A stretch of 64,000 nucleotides of DNA from an uncultured archaeon (lineage in GTDB: Archaea > Asgardarchaeota > Thorarchaeia > Thorarchaeales > Thorarchaeaceae), in assembly GCA_964458565.1 (NCBI GenBank), contig CAYWJO010000003.1, positions 32,001-96,000 of the forward strand, read 5' to 3'. The translations under genes were made by a program, and so were the position numbers. Shown here in pieces: positions 47,238 through 56,163 of the stretch; the stretch's first letter is position 1; each line of letters begins with the position of its first letter. The notes below the pieces were generated by a model, which did not search any database, was not told where the DNA came from, and saw nothing but the letters and a program-made list of their open reading frames with translations.

Positions 47238-48277
47238 TGTCAAATTCTCTACTTCCTGAGAGATTAGTAGGTCAGTTTTTTGGTGTGGGAAGTCTTGGGG
47301 AAAAAGACCCAGAAACACCAATAGAATACATCAAAAAACTTCCAATTCCGTATGCATTTCAAGTGACATATCTTCATGAAGAAGATATGATTAGGCAATT
47401 CGGATATCTGATTGATGGATTCGAAGAGGAAGGAGATTTTCTGATAGACATCGATCTTCACGAGTATAGATCGATAACGGAATCAAGCGATGGTTTCTTG
47501 CCAGATATGAATCATGCGCACAGCTTCTATTTGCTAATAGACGGAACAGCATATCAATATTTCAAGACTCAACAGACGGCACCAATTACGATGTGTTATA
47601 GTACAAGAGCTAGGGATGGAAAACAGCATCTGACTCGAACTATGTTCCATCTGTATGTGAGTCTGATGAAACGAATCGCCAAGGGGCAAATAGAGCATAT
47701 GCAGAGTTCCTGTGAAAATATTATTCTTTGTCAGGATGACCCTGCACTTGGTCTAGTATTAGAGAAAATGGGACGAGATGAAGTTCCTGATTTGACTCTC
47801 AAAGACATCGTTAAAACAACTGATACAATTTATCCTAAGGAAGTGATTCCCGCATATCATTACTGTGATGATTGGCGGAAACTGGATATTGATGGAGTAC
47901 ATACACTTTGGGACGCCCCAGCCAAAATCGCTCATATCGATCTTGTTAATTATCCACCAATAATAGAGATAGAGCAAGCTGAAAAACTTAATCGATTTCT
48001 TGAAACAGGAGGAGCATTAGCTCTGGGAGTTCTACCAAATGTAGATGATAGTTACTCTGAATCAGTTGCATCAACTTTAGAAAGAAATCTCATGAATGCA
48101 ATCAATTCATTCCAGCAAAGTGGAGTTAGTATCGAACTTCTGAATCGTAACTCCTTGGTATCAACACAATGCGGTCTTTCACGTGCAAGTATAAAACTAA
48201 CACGAGAAATTCACGAAACGCTTCTTGGGTCCCGAAAAATCTTCGAACGTGTAATGGAGAATGCAGGTGCGTCCTAA
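47237..48277 (+). CDS. Cobalamin-independent methionine synthase-like / URO-D fold protein
   Basis: GVGSL, DDPAL, HYC, LALGVLP, STQCGL. Confidence 0.65.
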   Translation: MSNSLLPERLVGQFFGVGSLGEKDPETPIEYIKKLPIPYAFQVTYLHEEDMIRQFGYLIDGFEEEGDFLIDIDLHEYRSITESSDGFLPDMNHAHSFYLLIDGTAYQYFKTQQTAPITMCYSTRARDGKQHLTRTMFHLYVSLMKRIAKGQIEHMQSSCENIILCQDDPALGLVLEKMGRDEVPDLTLKDIVKTTDTIYPKEVIPAYHYCDDWRKLDIDGVHTLWDAPAKIAHIDLVNYPPIIEIEQAEKLNRFLETGGALALGVLPNVDDSYSESVASTLERNLMNAINSFQQSGVSIELLNRNSLVSTQCGLSRASIKLTREIHETLLGSRKIFERVMENAGAS

Positions 48278-48348
48278 ACGATAATTATCTATTCCAAGAA
48301 GATATGCTTAAGTGCGTGTTACTTTGAGATGCGTTCAGTTTCAACAAG

Positions 48349-49209
48349 GTGTTTACCATGGGAGAAGCCGAATCAGAACCCGGTGCTGTAATGGAATTCA
48401 TCCAAGACTATCGCTTCAAGATGCTCATTCCTGAGCTACTTGTTGTATTTGCCCTGTGGTATCTAGTTCCAGAATCATTAACTCAAAATGTCTATGATTT
48501 AGTGCTTGGAGATCTACTTGGACCATTAACATTCATACTTCAGCCACTATTTTTCTTGCCGAGTGGTGTGCTTGCGTTTATTACTGCATTCGTTTTACAT
48601 GGCATCTATCCTTTAGATAACTATCACGAAGGGAAGATACCAGATTTACCAAAAGCTGCAGTAATAATGATTGCAATTTCATTCATCCTACTTCCTCTTC
48701 TTGTTCTTATGCAAATGATTGGTTACTATATGACGGAAGCTACTGAATACATTAGTAGAAATCCATTATGGGAGAGAGTGGAAAGTGTTGGAGATCTATT
48801 CTTCTATGCAGGAGCGGTTTTCTTTGTGGGTCTGCAATGGTGGCTCCTAATACCGGTATTCTTCCTTAGCCAAGCAGTTGATGGAATTCATAAAATAGCT
48901 CATCATGAAACAGCACACGAAGGAATTACGGCATTTTTCTATTTCCTTTGGCCAATAACAATGCCCCTTTTCTTCGATCCAATTGAGATCATGGCGATGG
49001 CAGCTCTCTCAATACCTGCATTTGCATTTTATAGTTACATCAGGCCATACTATACATATGTGACAGCAGTGCACACATTATCATTCGCGTTGCTTGTTCT
49101 TGGCACTATGATAATTGCAATGGCAGGTATATCCATGCCTTTACTAAAATATTGGGTACCTGGAGCAATTCCTGGAGGAAGACCTCCTGTTCCGGCTCCT
49201 AGGTGGTGA
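48349..49209 (+). CDS. Hypothetical multi-pass membrane protein
   Basis: About 7 hydrophobic segments. Confidence 0.7.
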   Translation: MFTMGEAESEPGAVMEFIQDYRFKMLIPELLVVFALWYLVPESLTQNVYDLVLGDLLGPLTFILQPLFFLPSGVLAFITAFVLHGIYPLDNYHEGKIPDLPKAAVIMIAISFILLPLLVLMQMIGYYMTEATEYISRNPLWERVESVGDLFFYAGAVFFVGLQWWLLIPVFFLSQAVDGIHKIAHHETAHEGITAFFYFLWPITMPLFFDPIEIMAMAALSIPAFAFYSYIRPYYTYVTAVHTLSFALLVLGTMIIAMAGISMPLLKYWVPGAIPGGRPPVPAPRW

Positions 49210-49210
49210 G

Positions 49211-49546
49211 GTGGTTAAAATGAGTAATTGGACAAATAAATGGGTCATAATGCTTTTGTTGGGAATTATAATTCAGACTGTTATCTATCCGGCAATTTTC
49301 ATCATGGGCACTTTTGTAGGTTCACCTTCATACGATTACATGTTTAGTGTGTTCCTAATTGGAATGGTATCCATCATAATACAAATCATCGGCTTTGCAG
49401 TAATTATGAATCAGACAAAGGATACAGATCCAGCTCTATATAGCCAGGGTCGACCATTCCGCCATAAACTTCGTGAGGAAGACGAAGTCCCAGCCACAAG
49501 AAAACCAACCTTTGACGGCACCGACCAGTCAGTTTACGAGGAATAG
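49211..49546 (+). CDS. Hypothetical membrane protein (2 TM)
   Basis: Two TMs and a charged tail; abuts the previous gene. Confidence 0.65.
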   Translation: MVKMSNWTNKWVIMLLLGIIIQTVIYPAIFIMGTFVGSPSYDYMFSVFLIGMVSIIIQIIGFAVIMNQTKDTDPALYSQGRPFRHKLREEDEVPATRKPTFDGTDQSVYEE

Positions 49547-49604
49547 CAGTAGATTTTCAGAGGAGGTTTCAATTGATCTCCTCTAAATCACTCAAGTGAT
49601 ATTA

Positions 49605-50576
49605 CTATGTTGCCTTTTCATAATAAGATGTGAGCTTTCCAGCAATCATAGCTCCCAATTTTTGAAAATCAGTAGTAGAAATACTTGGAACGCTACTTGT
49701 CCTTGATGGAATTTTGAATCTGGCTACCATAACTGTTACATCGTCATCCATGGAATATTCTATTATTGCAGGATATCTTGTACCAATTTTGAGAGTTTCT
49801 TCTCTCTTTTCAACTACAGGACCTTTATAGATTGTACCAACCAAGTATGGATAGGCAAAACCTGAGTGAGAAACCTGAACCTGAACTGCAACAGCTTCAG
49901 GCAAATCTTTGACAAATATCTTCCATTCTGCATTAAGCAGTGTTAACATACCTTTTCGTTCGCCTAGTTCAACATTCACACCAGCTCGAAGATAGGGAAT
50001 GTTTGAGAGTGCGCGAGCATATTCATAGTTATCACCCATTTCGGGGGCTTTGAAGAATTCATCGGAATCGATGGTCACAGATCTGAATCCAATTAAAAAT
50101 CCTGCAAAACCTATGAGCCCATGAAACAAAGGTACTGTAAGTATTGTGTCAAGAGTATATCCAAACATAGGTCCAACAATTTCTTGATAGAAGACTGAGA
50201 AGAGTGCTAAAATCATCAGTATAGGAAGATAGCAAAAACAACATGCACTTTGGTCGCCTGGTTTAGCGAATAGGCCGCCATAAGCTTTTTTGTACTTTTC
50301 AAGAATTGTATCGTATTCCCCAAAGGTGACCCATCTCTTTGATGAGGCCCATTTCCCAGGAATGTAATTAATTGATTTCTTTGATCCGATTCCGAAGATA
50401 ATCGAAAGAATAGCGATGATAAATGAATTACGTGCATATACATCGATTATCACGCTGGGATTTCCAGGATCTGTAATCATAATGTAGAGCCCGTATCCAA
50501 TCAATGAAAGAAGAACTGCCCCGAATAATGCACCAATAGTCCGGCTATGACCATAATCGATAATCTCATCGTCCAT
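49605..50576 (-). CDS. Unknown 4-TM membrane protein (paralogue A)
   Basis: Shares architecture and W...Y...Y..L motif with the two adjacent ORFs. Confidence 0.75.
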   Translation of the reverse strand: MDDEIIDYGHSRTIGALFGAVLLSLIGYGLYIMITDPGNPSVIIDVYARNSFIIAILSIIFGIGSKKSINYIPGKWASSKRWVTFGEYDTILEKYKKAYGGLFAKPGDQSACCFCYLPILMILALFSVFYQEIVGPMFGYTLDTILTVPLFHGLIGFAGFLIGFRSVTIDSDEFFKAPEMGDNYEYARALSNIPYLRAGVNVELGERKGMLTLLNAEWKIFVKDLPEAVAVQVQVSHSGFAYPYLVGTIYKGPVVEKREETLKIGTRYPAIIEYSMDDDVTVMVARFKIPSRTSSVPSISTTDFQKLGAMIAGKLTSYYEKAT

Positions 50577-50627
50577 ATCTCATCCTCACTCTCTGATGAA
50601 CTTTATCTAAAATAAGCGCATCGCCTC

Positions 50628-51554
50628 TCATTCATCGCGGATATCAATCCCAAGTTCATTTAGCAGATCAATAAGTAGTGGATCTGAACCCTTGATTTCA
50701 ATGTATTTTTGGTATGTCGAAATCATGAGATTCCGAATTGCTTGGTCTAATTCTAGTGGATCCGTGGATAATATATTAACATCTATCTTCTCATGTGTCA
50801 TTGACAGTTCTGATATCAGAGATGTGAGTCGAAATGAACCATCAAGCACAAATTGTATCTTCGCAACCCCTTCAATTCCTTCAAGTCGTATCGTTGGCCG
50901 TATTTTTGTAAGCGTGTAATACCCACTAGCTTCTTTGATTTGCATCCCTACACCCGCGTATGCGATGCCATCAATGTCCAAACTCAAAGAGATGAATTTG
51001 CGCATCTTTCTTGGTGGAACAAGCTCTGAATGAATACTCGATGTGCTGTGAAATAGTTTGAATGAGAATCTAGAGAGAAGCAAACCGTATAGAATAACTA
51101 GAAAACCATATACATATGGAGCAGAACCAATTGTGAATATTGATTGTGCCATGAGTAAGGGAATCAGGTTTGTTGAAGTAAGAATAACTGTGAATAATAT
51201 GAAATCGCTGAAATCAAACCATGATATTAGATGTGAATAATTCTTTAGATAATCTTCGTATATTCGTTCATATTCTTCGATACTAATCTCTTGCTCTTTG
51301 AGATTCCAGTGAACTTCATGAATAACAACCTGTTGCTTCATATACCAAGATATGACCAGTAAGGGTAAGGAGAGGATTCCAAGAACTGTTACCGAGGTCG
51401 CGATCCACCCAATTGGGTCAGAGTGCGCACTTGCTAGATGTTCCCAACCTGTAGAAAATGCAATGAGAGACCACAAGAGAATGATAACAAACTGAAGGAT
51501 ATTGAAGGGAATCATCGATTTTACTGTGATCGGCTCATCAGTCATCAGTTTCAC
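50628..51554 (-). CDS. Unknown 4-TM membrane protein (paralogue B)
   Basis: Same architecture as paralogue A; GTGA overlap with paralogue C. Confidence 0.75.
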   Translation of the reverse strand: MKLMTDEPITVKSMIPFNILQFVIILLWSLIAFSTGWEHLASAHSDPIGWIATSVTVLGILSLPLLVISWYMKQQVVIHEVHWNLKEQEISIEEYERIYEDYLKNYSHLISWFDFSDFILFTVILTSTNLIPLLMAQSIFTIGSAPYVYGFLVILYGLLLSRFSFKLFHSTSSIHSELVPPRKMRKFISLSLDIDGIAYAGVGMQIKEASGYYTLTKIRPTIRLEGIEGVAKIQFVLDGSFRLTSLISELSMTHEKIDVNILSTDPLELDQAIRNLMISTYQKYIEIKGSDPLLIDLLNELGIDIRDE

Positions 51555-52555
51555 TCTAGCTTTGCATTAAGCTGGTTCAATATATCAGCAATTGCACTAT
51601 CTCGTTCATGCGTCTTAAACCATTCACGATAAAGGATGGCGACAGCATTCTTGGTTAATAGATCGATATCTCTTACTCCATATTCCTCTATATTTGATTG
51701 GACCGGGAATTTTACATAGTAACCCTCATTATCGTCCCCCACATACTTTCGAAACATTCGATCTCTAGCTACCCACCACCATACTATTTGCGGGGTCTCA
51801 TCAAATGAATGTAGTCGACACAGAATGCTATCAATAGCTCGCAGTTCATGGGTCCATGTTTCAATATACGCACTTTCACTAAGTCCACTTAATCGAAGGA
51901 AGATTCGTGGATTATCATACACTCTGTACGCTCCAATCTCAGCCTTATCAAGGATGACTCGAGCAGTTTCTACACCAGGAATTTTTGATTGTTTTCTACA
52001 TAACCAAACAGCTTCTCGGATCAGAGGGACTTTGAAATCATCAGATGCTGCGTTTGATGTAGCTAACATCCCTAGAAGCGTTGAAAGGATGAAGAGTAAG
52101 GAAAGTGAGAATGCGAAGATGGGAGTAACGAGGGGAATAAATTGAGTGTCAATTTGTATCGCATAGAGTGGCAAGGTAATCTGACCAAGAAGGATAAGCA
52201 GCGGAGCATAAAAGAGCCAAAAATAACCATTCGGAGCTAATCTCACATATTCACGAAGGTACCTGCGTTCCAGTTTTGAAACTTCTTCGATATCCATCTG
52301 AAACGGTTTGTATTCCCAATCGGGTGCGTGATAGATAATCTGGCCCTTTGCGTGGCTACCGATTATAATTCCAACAAAAGCGATGATTAATGGGAGTCCC
52401 AAGTATATTGTCAAAATCAGAAAGATGTTATCGGAATTACTTGGAAAAATCCAATCTGACATCAAATATCCAATGGGTATCAGAGTAGCGGTAAGTATGA
52501 AACTAAGAATCTTGTGAATTTTAATGGATTTGTATATTACTGGCTCCACCATCAT
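51551..52555 (-). CDS. Unknown 4-TM membrane protein (paralogue C)
   Basis: Likely ATG at 52555; the track extension to 52759 overlaps bcp on the opposite strand. Confidence 0.75.
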   Translation of the reverse strand: MMVEPVIYKSIKIHKILSFILTATLIPIGYLMSDWIFPSNSDNIFLILTIYLGLPLIIAFVGIIIGSHAKGQIIYHAPDWEYKPFQMDIEEVSKLERRYLREYVRLAPNGYFWLFYAPLLILLGQITLPLYAIQIDTQFIPLVTPIFAFSLSLLFILSTLLGMLATSNAASDDFKVPLIREAVWLCRKQSKIPGVETARVILDKAEIGAYRVYDNPRIFLRLSGLSESAYIETWTHELRAIDSILCRLHSFDETPQIVWWWVARDRMFRKYVGDDNEGYYVKFPVQSNIEEYGVRDIDLLTKNAVAILYREWFKTHERDSAIADILNQLNAKLE

Positions 52556-52694
52556 CTTGTATCGCTCACATTTCTGGATTGGCACACGCTCTTTAAGGAT
52601 TGCTGAGAGAACTAAGATTGAAACGACCCCAATCTTTATTAACAAATTTTCCAATATTAAATTCACAATTGTTAATAATTTTGGAGAGATATTA

Positions 52695-53180
52695 GTGATA
52701 AAAATTGGAGATAAAGCACCAGATTTCAAGACAATTACAGAGAATGGAGAGAAATTCAAACTCAGTGACTATCGAGGCAAGAAAGTCCTCCTTTATTGGT
52801 ATGTGAAAGATAACACAACCGGATGCCAAGCTCAGTCATGTTCACTCCGTGATAACTACAAAGTTTTTGTTGACAATGATACTGTGGTTTTTGGTATTGC
52901 ACCAGGAACTCAGAAAACACATCAATCATTCAAAGAAAAGAATAATCTTCCCTTCCCTCTTTTGATGGATGAAAACAATGAGATTGCTAAACTCTATGAT
53001 ATATGGCAGAAAAAGAAGATGTATGGCAAGGAATACATGGGAATTGAGAGAACGACATTTCTGATCGACGAAAAGGGAAAAATAGCGAAAATCATTGGCA
53101 ATCATCCAGATGGTGAAGAGAAGGTCCAGACCAAGGAACATGCTGAACAAGTCATCAGGGTCTGGGGTTTGAAACTATAG
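52695..53180 (+). CDS. bcp: BCP/PrxQ peroxiredoxin (copy 1)
   Basis: IGDKAPDF, KDNTTGCQAQSC, ERTTFLID; likely GTG start at 52695. Confidence 0.88.
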   Translation: MIKIGDKAPDFKTITENGEKFKLSDYRGKKVLLYWYVKDNTTGCQAQSCSLRDNYKVFVDNDTVVFGIAPGTQKTHQSFKEKNNLPFPLLMDENNEIAKLYDIWQKKKMYGKEYMGIERTTFLIDEKGKIAKIIGNHPDGEEKVQTKEHAEQVIRVWGLKL

Positions 53181-53190
53181 AGGGATTTTT

Positions 53191-53664
53191 ATGCTGAAGA
53201 TAGGAGATGTAGCACCGGACTTCGAAACATCCGATGAGTCTGGTACTACCTTCAAGCTGAGCAATCACAAGGGATCGAAAATTGTTTTGTATTTCTATCC
53301 CAAGGATTTTACACCCGGGTGCACTGCAGAAGCATGTTCGATAAGAGATAGTTATCATCTCTTCGAGGGGTCAGGGATTCCAATCTATGGCATCTCTGGA
53401 GGGTCTGCTGAAACACACATGAAGTTTCGAAAGAAATACAATCTTCCATTTCCAATTCTAATGGATGAGGATCTAGAAATAGCCAAATTATATGACGCCT
53501 ACAGTAAACTTGACCTCATTGGAATGGGAGTCAAACGTGTTACTTACCTTATCGACGAAACCGGAAAAATCGAAGCCATCTTTGGTGGTTCAGAAGGTTT
53601 AGATAAGGTTCGTTCGAGTGAGCACGCAGATCAAATCTTGGGTCATTGGGGCTTACAAATCTGA
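53191..53664 (+). CDS. bcp: BCP/PrxQ peroxiredoxin (copy 2)
   Basis: FYPKDFTPGCTAEAC, KRVTYLID. Confidence 0.92.
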   Translation: MLKIGDVAPDFETSDESGTTFKLSNHKGSKIVLYFYPKDFTPGCTAEACSIRDSYHLFEGSGIPIYGISGGSAETHMKFRKKYNLPFPILMDEDLEIAKLYDAYSKLDLIGMGVKRVTYLIDETGKIEAIFGGSEGLDKVRSSEHADQILGHWGLQI

Positions 53665-54393
53665 TTGGCGTATAGATTTTCCAACACTACTGAGGTAAAT
53701 CACACTCTCATTGACTCCATCGAGATCAAGTAGCTGATTGAGTTCATCATCATATATGGCTCCAATCTGACAGCTTCCTAGACCAAGTGCTTCTGATGCT
53801 AATGCAAGATTTTGAGCTATATGTCCTGCATCTAGGAAAACATATCGATAAGCTCGTTGGAGGTATTTCCATTTCGACCGTGGGAATAGAGCACTCCATA
53901 TGAAAACAACAGCAGCTCGCTGAGCAATAGATTGATCGAGAGCACCTGCTTTCACTTCTAATGAATAATCACCTTCTTTCAACAATTCAAGTTCATGTCT
54001 TTTAACTGGATAGTGGTACAGACCTGCATCGATTCCAGAAACGCGATTGACAAGTAGATAGGTTTCAATAGGATACAAAGCTCCAGCTGAGGGTGCAGCA
54101 CGAAGCTGATAGTCTGATATGACTCCTGTTACGCCCTGTGTTGCCCATATGAGTTGAGAGAGTTCATTCTTCGAGATCTCATCAGTGCTATAGGCACGTA
54201 CACTCCTTCTCTGGGCTATCATATCCCACAGTCGAGGTCCAGAATCAGTTGTAGGTGGAGGAAGAGTTACTTTTAGTGATGAAGGATATTCCTTATAGAC
54301 AGGAGGTTTCGTATCCCAATCTAGCTGATGAGCAGGAAGTTTTCCACGTACATATTTGGTCCCAAGAAAGAAGTCATCACCGAGTTTCGACAT
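53653..54393 (-). CDS. SagB/ThcOx-type nitroreductase-fold dehydrogenase
   Basis: RRSVR, RAAPSAGALYP, DAGHIAQN. Confidence 0.88.
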   Translation of the reverse strand: MSKLGDDFFLGTKYVRGKLPAHQLDWDTKPPVYKEYPSSLKVTLPPPTTDSGPRLWDMIAQRRSVRAYSTDEISKNELSQLIWATQGVTGVISDYQLRAAPSAGALYPIETYLLVNRVSGIDAGLYHYPVKRHELELLKEGDYSLEVKAGALDQSIAQRAAVVFIWSALFPRSKWKYLQRAYRYVFLDAGHIAQNLALASEALGLGSCQIGAIYDDELNQLLDLDGVNESVIYLSSVGKSIRQSDL

Positions 54394-54515
54394 AACTGAA
54401 CGTATTCGGGAATTCCTTTATGAATACAAGGACATAGGAGATTTATTGGAAACATACAACCTTTGACCACAAGGCATACACTTTAATCATAGCACATTCC
54501 GACCGATGCATGCGT

Positions 54516-54534
54516 GACGGGGATATATCCCGTC
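54516..54534. promoter_or_regulatory. Near-perfect palindrome upstream of the malic enzyme gene
   Basis: GACG-G-GGATATATCC-CGTC, 28 nt before the ATG. Confidence 0.4.
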
Positions 54535-54562
54535 CTTCTATTAGATGTAGGGGCTCATAATA

Positions 54563-55924
54563 ATGCCTGAAGAGAAACTCTCTGTTGAAGAACTCAAGAA
54601 GAAGGCTGAGAAGCCTGGAAAAGATGCAATGATTTTACACCCATTCTATAAGGGAAAAATCATGAGCATAGGAAAGGCTCCTGTCCGTAGTTTTGATGAT
54701 TTTGCAATCTGGTATACACCTGGTGTTGCCAAACCATGTCTTGCAATAAAGGATGATGAAGAAGCTGCTTACGAATACACAAACAAAGGAAACATGGTAG
54801 CAGTAGTAAGCGACGGAACTCGTGTATTGGGACTTGGTGACATCGGACCATATGGAGCAGGACCGGTGATGGAGGGGAAAGCGATCCTCTTCAAATACCT
54901 GGGTGGTGTTGATGCATGGCCTATCTGTCTTGAAACGAAAGACGCTGAGAAGATTATTGAAACAGTGAAGCTCATTCAACCAAGCTTTGGAGGAATAAAT
55001 CTCGAAGATATCTCGAAGCCAAAGTGTTACGAGGTACTTGAAAGACTGAGGAAAGACCCAGAGGTTAAAATTCCTGTTTGGCACGATGACGCTCAAGGTA
55101 CAGCTACAGTTGTTTTAGCTGGTGTGCTTGGAGGATTGAATGTTGTCAAGAAGGACATTGAGAACATCAGAGTGGCCTTACTTGGGGTAGGTTCAGCAAA
55201 CACACGAACTGCATACCTTCTCTTTGCAGCAGGTGTTAATCCAAAGAACGTAGTAATGGTTGATAGCAAGGGAGCTATCTATGCCGATCGCGAAGATATC
55301 GTTAAGGACAAGGATTATGACACCTTCAAGTACGATCTCGCTCAAAAGACAAACCCTGATAGAATGAATGGAGACCTCGGCGAAGTTATCGATGGCATGG
55401 ATGTCCTGATTTCAGCTTCTCGACCAGTTCCAGGTGCAATTAAGAAAGAATGGGTTGCCAAAATGGCCACTGATTCAATCGTTTATGCGTGTGCCAATCC
55501 ACTTCCTGAGATCTGGCCTTGGGATGCTATAGAAGCAGGTGCCAGAATTGTGGGAACCGGTAGAAGTGATTTTGATAACCAAATCAACAATTCACTTGGT
55601 TTCCCAGGTATCTTTAGAGGTACACTTGATGTGAGAGCCAGAACAATCACTGATGAGATGTGTGTCGCAGCTGCCCAAGCTCTGGCAGATCTTGGCGCTA
55701 GAGAGGCAAGCGACAAGAAGGTAATTCCAACTATGGATCAGTGGGAGCTCTATCCGCTTGAAGCTACAGCTGTGGGTATGAAAGCTATGGAGCAAGGTAT
55801 CGCGCGAGTGCAATGGGAAGAAAAGGAGCTGTATAAGCATGCAGAAGACGTTATTCGTACAGCAAGAGCTGCTTCTGAAATGCTGTACAGAGAAGGTCAC
55901 ATCCCGAAAGCACCTCCGACCTGA
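54563..55924 (+). CDS. NAD(P)-dependent malic enzyme
   Basis: YTPGVA, DGTRVLGLGDIG, PVMEGKA, INLEDI, HDDAQGTA, NQINNSLGFPGIFRG. Confidence 0.95.
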   Translation: MPEEKLSVEELKKKAEKPGKDAMILHPFYKGKIMSIGKAPVRSFDDFAIWYTPGVAKPCLAIKDDEEAAYEYTNKGNMVAVVSDGTRVLGLGDIGPYGAGPVMEGKAILFKYLGGVDAWPICLETKDAEKIIETVKLIQPSFGGINLEDISKPKCYEVLERLRKDPEVKIPVWHDDAQGTATVVLAGVLGGLNVVKKDIENIRVALLGVGSANTRTAYLLFAAGVNPKNVVMVDSKGAIYADREDIVKDKDYDTFKYDLAQKTNPDRMNGDLGEVIDGMDVLISASRPVPGAIKKEWVAKMATDSIVYACANPLPEIWPWDAIEAGARIVGTGRSDFDNQINNSLGFPGIFRGTLDVRARTITDEMCVAAAQALADLGAREASDKKVIPTMDQWELYPLEATAVGMKAMEQGIARVQWEEKELYKHAEDVIRTARAASEMLYREGHIPKAPPT

Positions 55925-56163
55925 TTGAAAACGAATGGGCCTAACCAGCCCAATCTCTCTTTTTAGTGTTGACTTCAAAATTAAATAGTCTGAAGATTAT
56001 TTTGTCGCAATAGATCTCAGATAGTTTTAGTTACAGATTCCATTTCTGAACCAATCGTTTCTGGGAATGAGTCTTTGGTTTTGATAGCTGTGAATATCGG
56101 AATCAGATTCAAACTATCATCTATTGGATTGAAGATTCTTTGAAGGGGTGTTGACCTTGAGGT

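Noticed and set aside
55925-56163. ncRNA or tRNA in the longer intergenic gaps (also 60278-60448)
   Set aside because: AT-rich, with no cloverleaf or extended stable structure visible by eye
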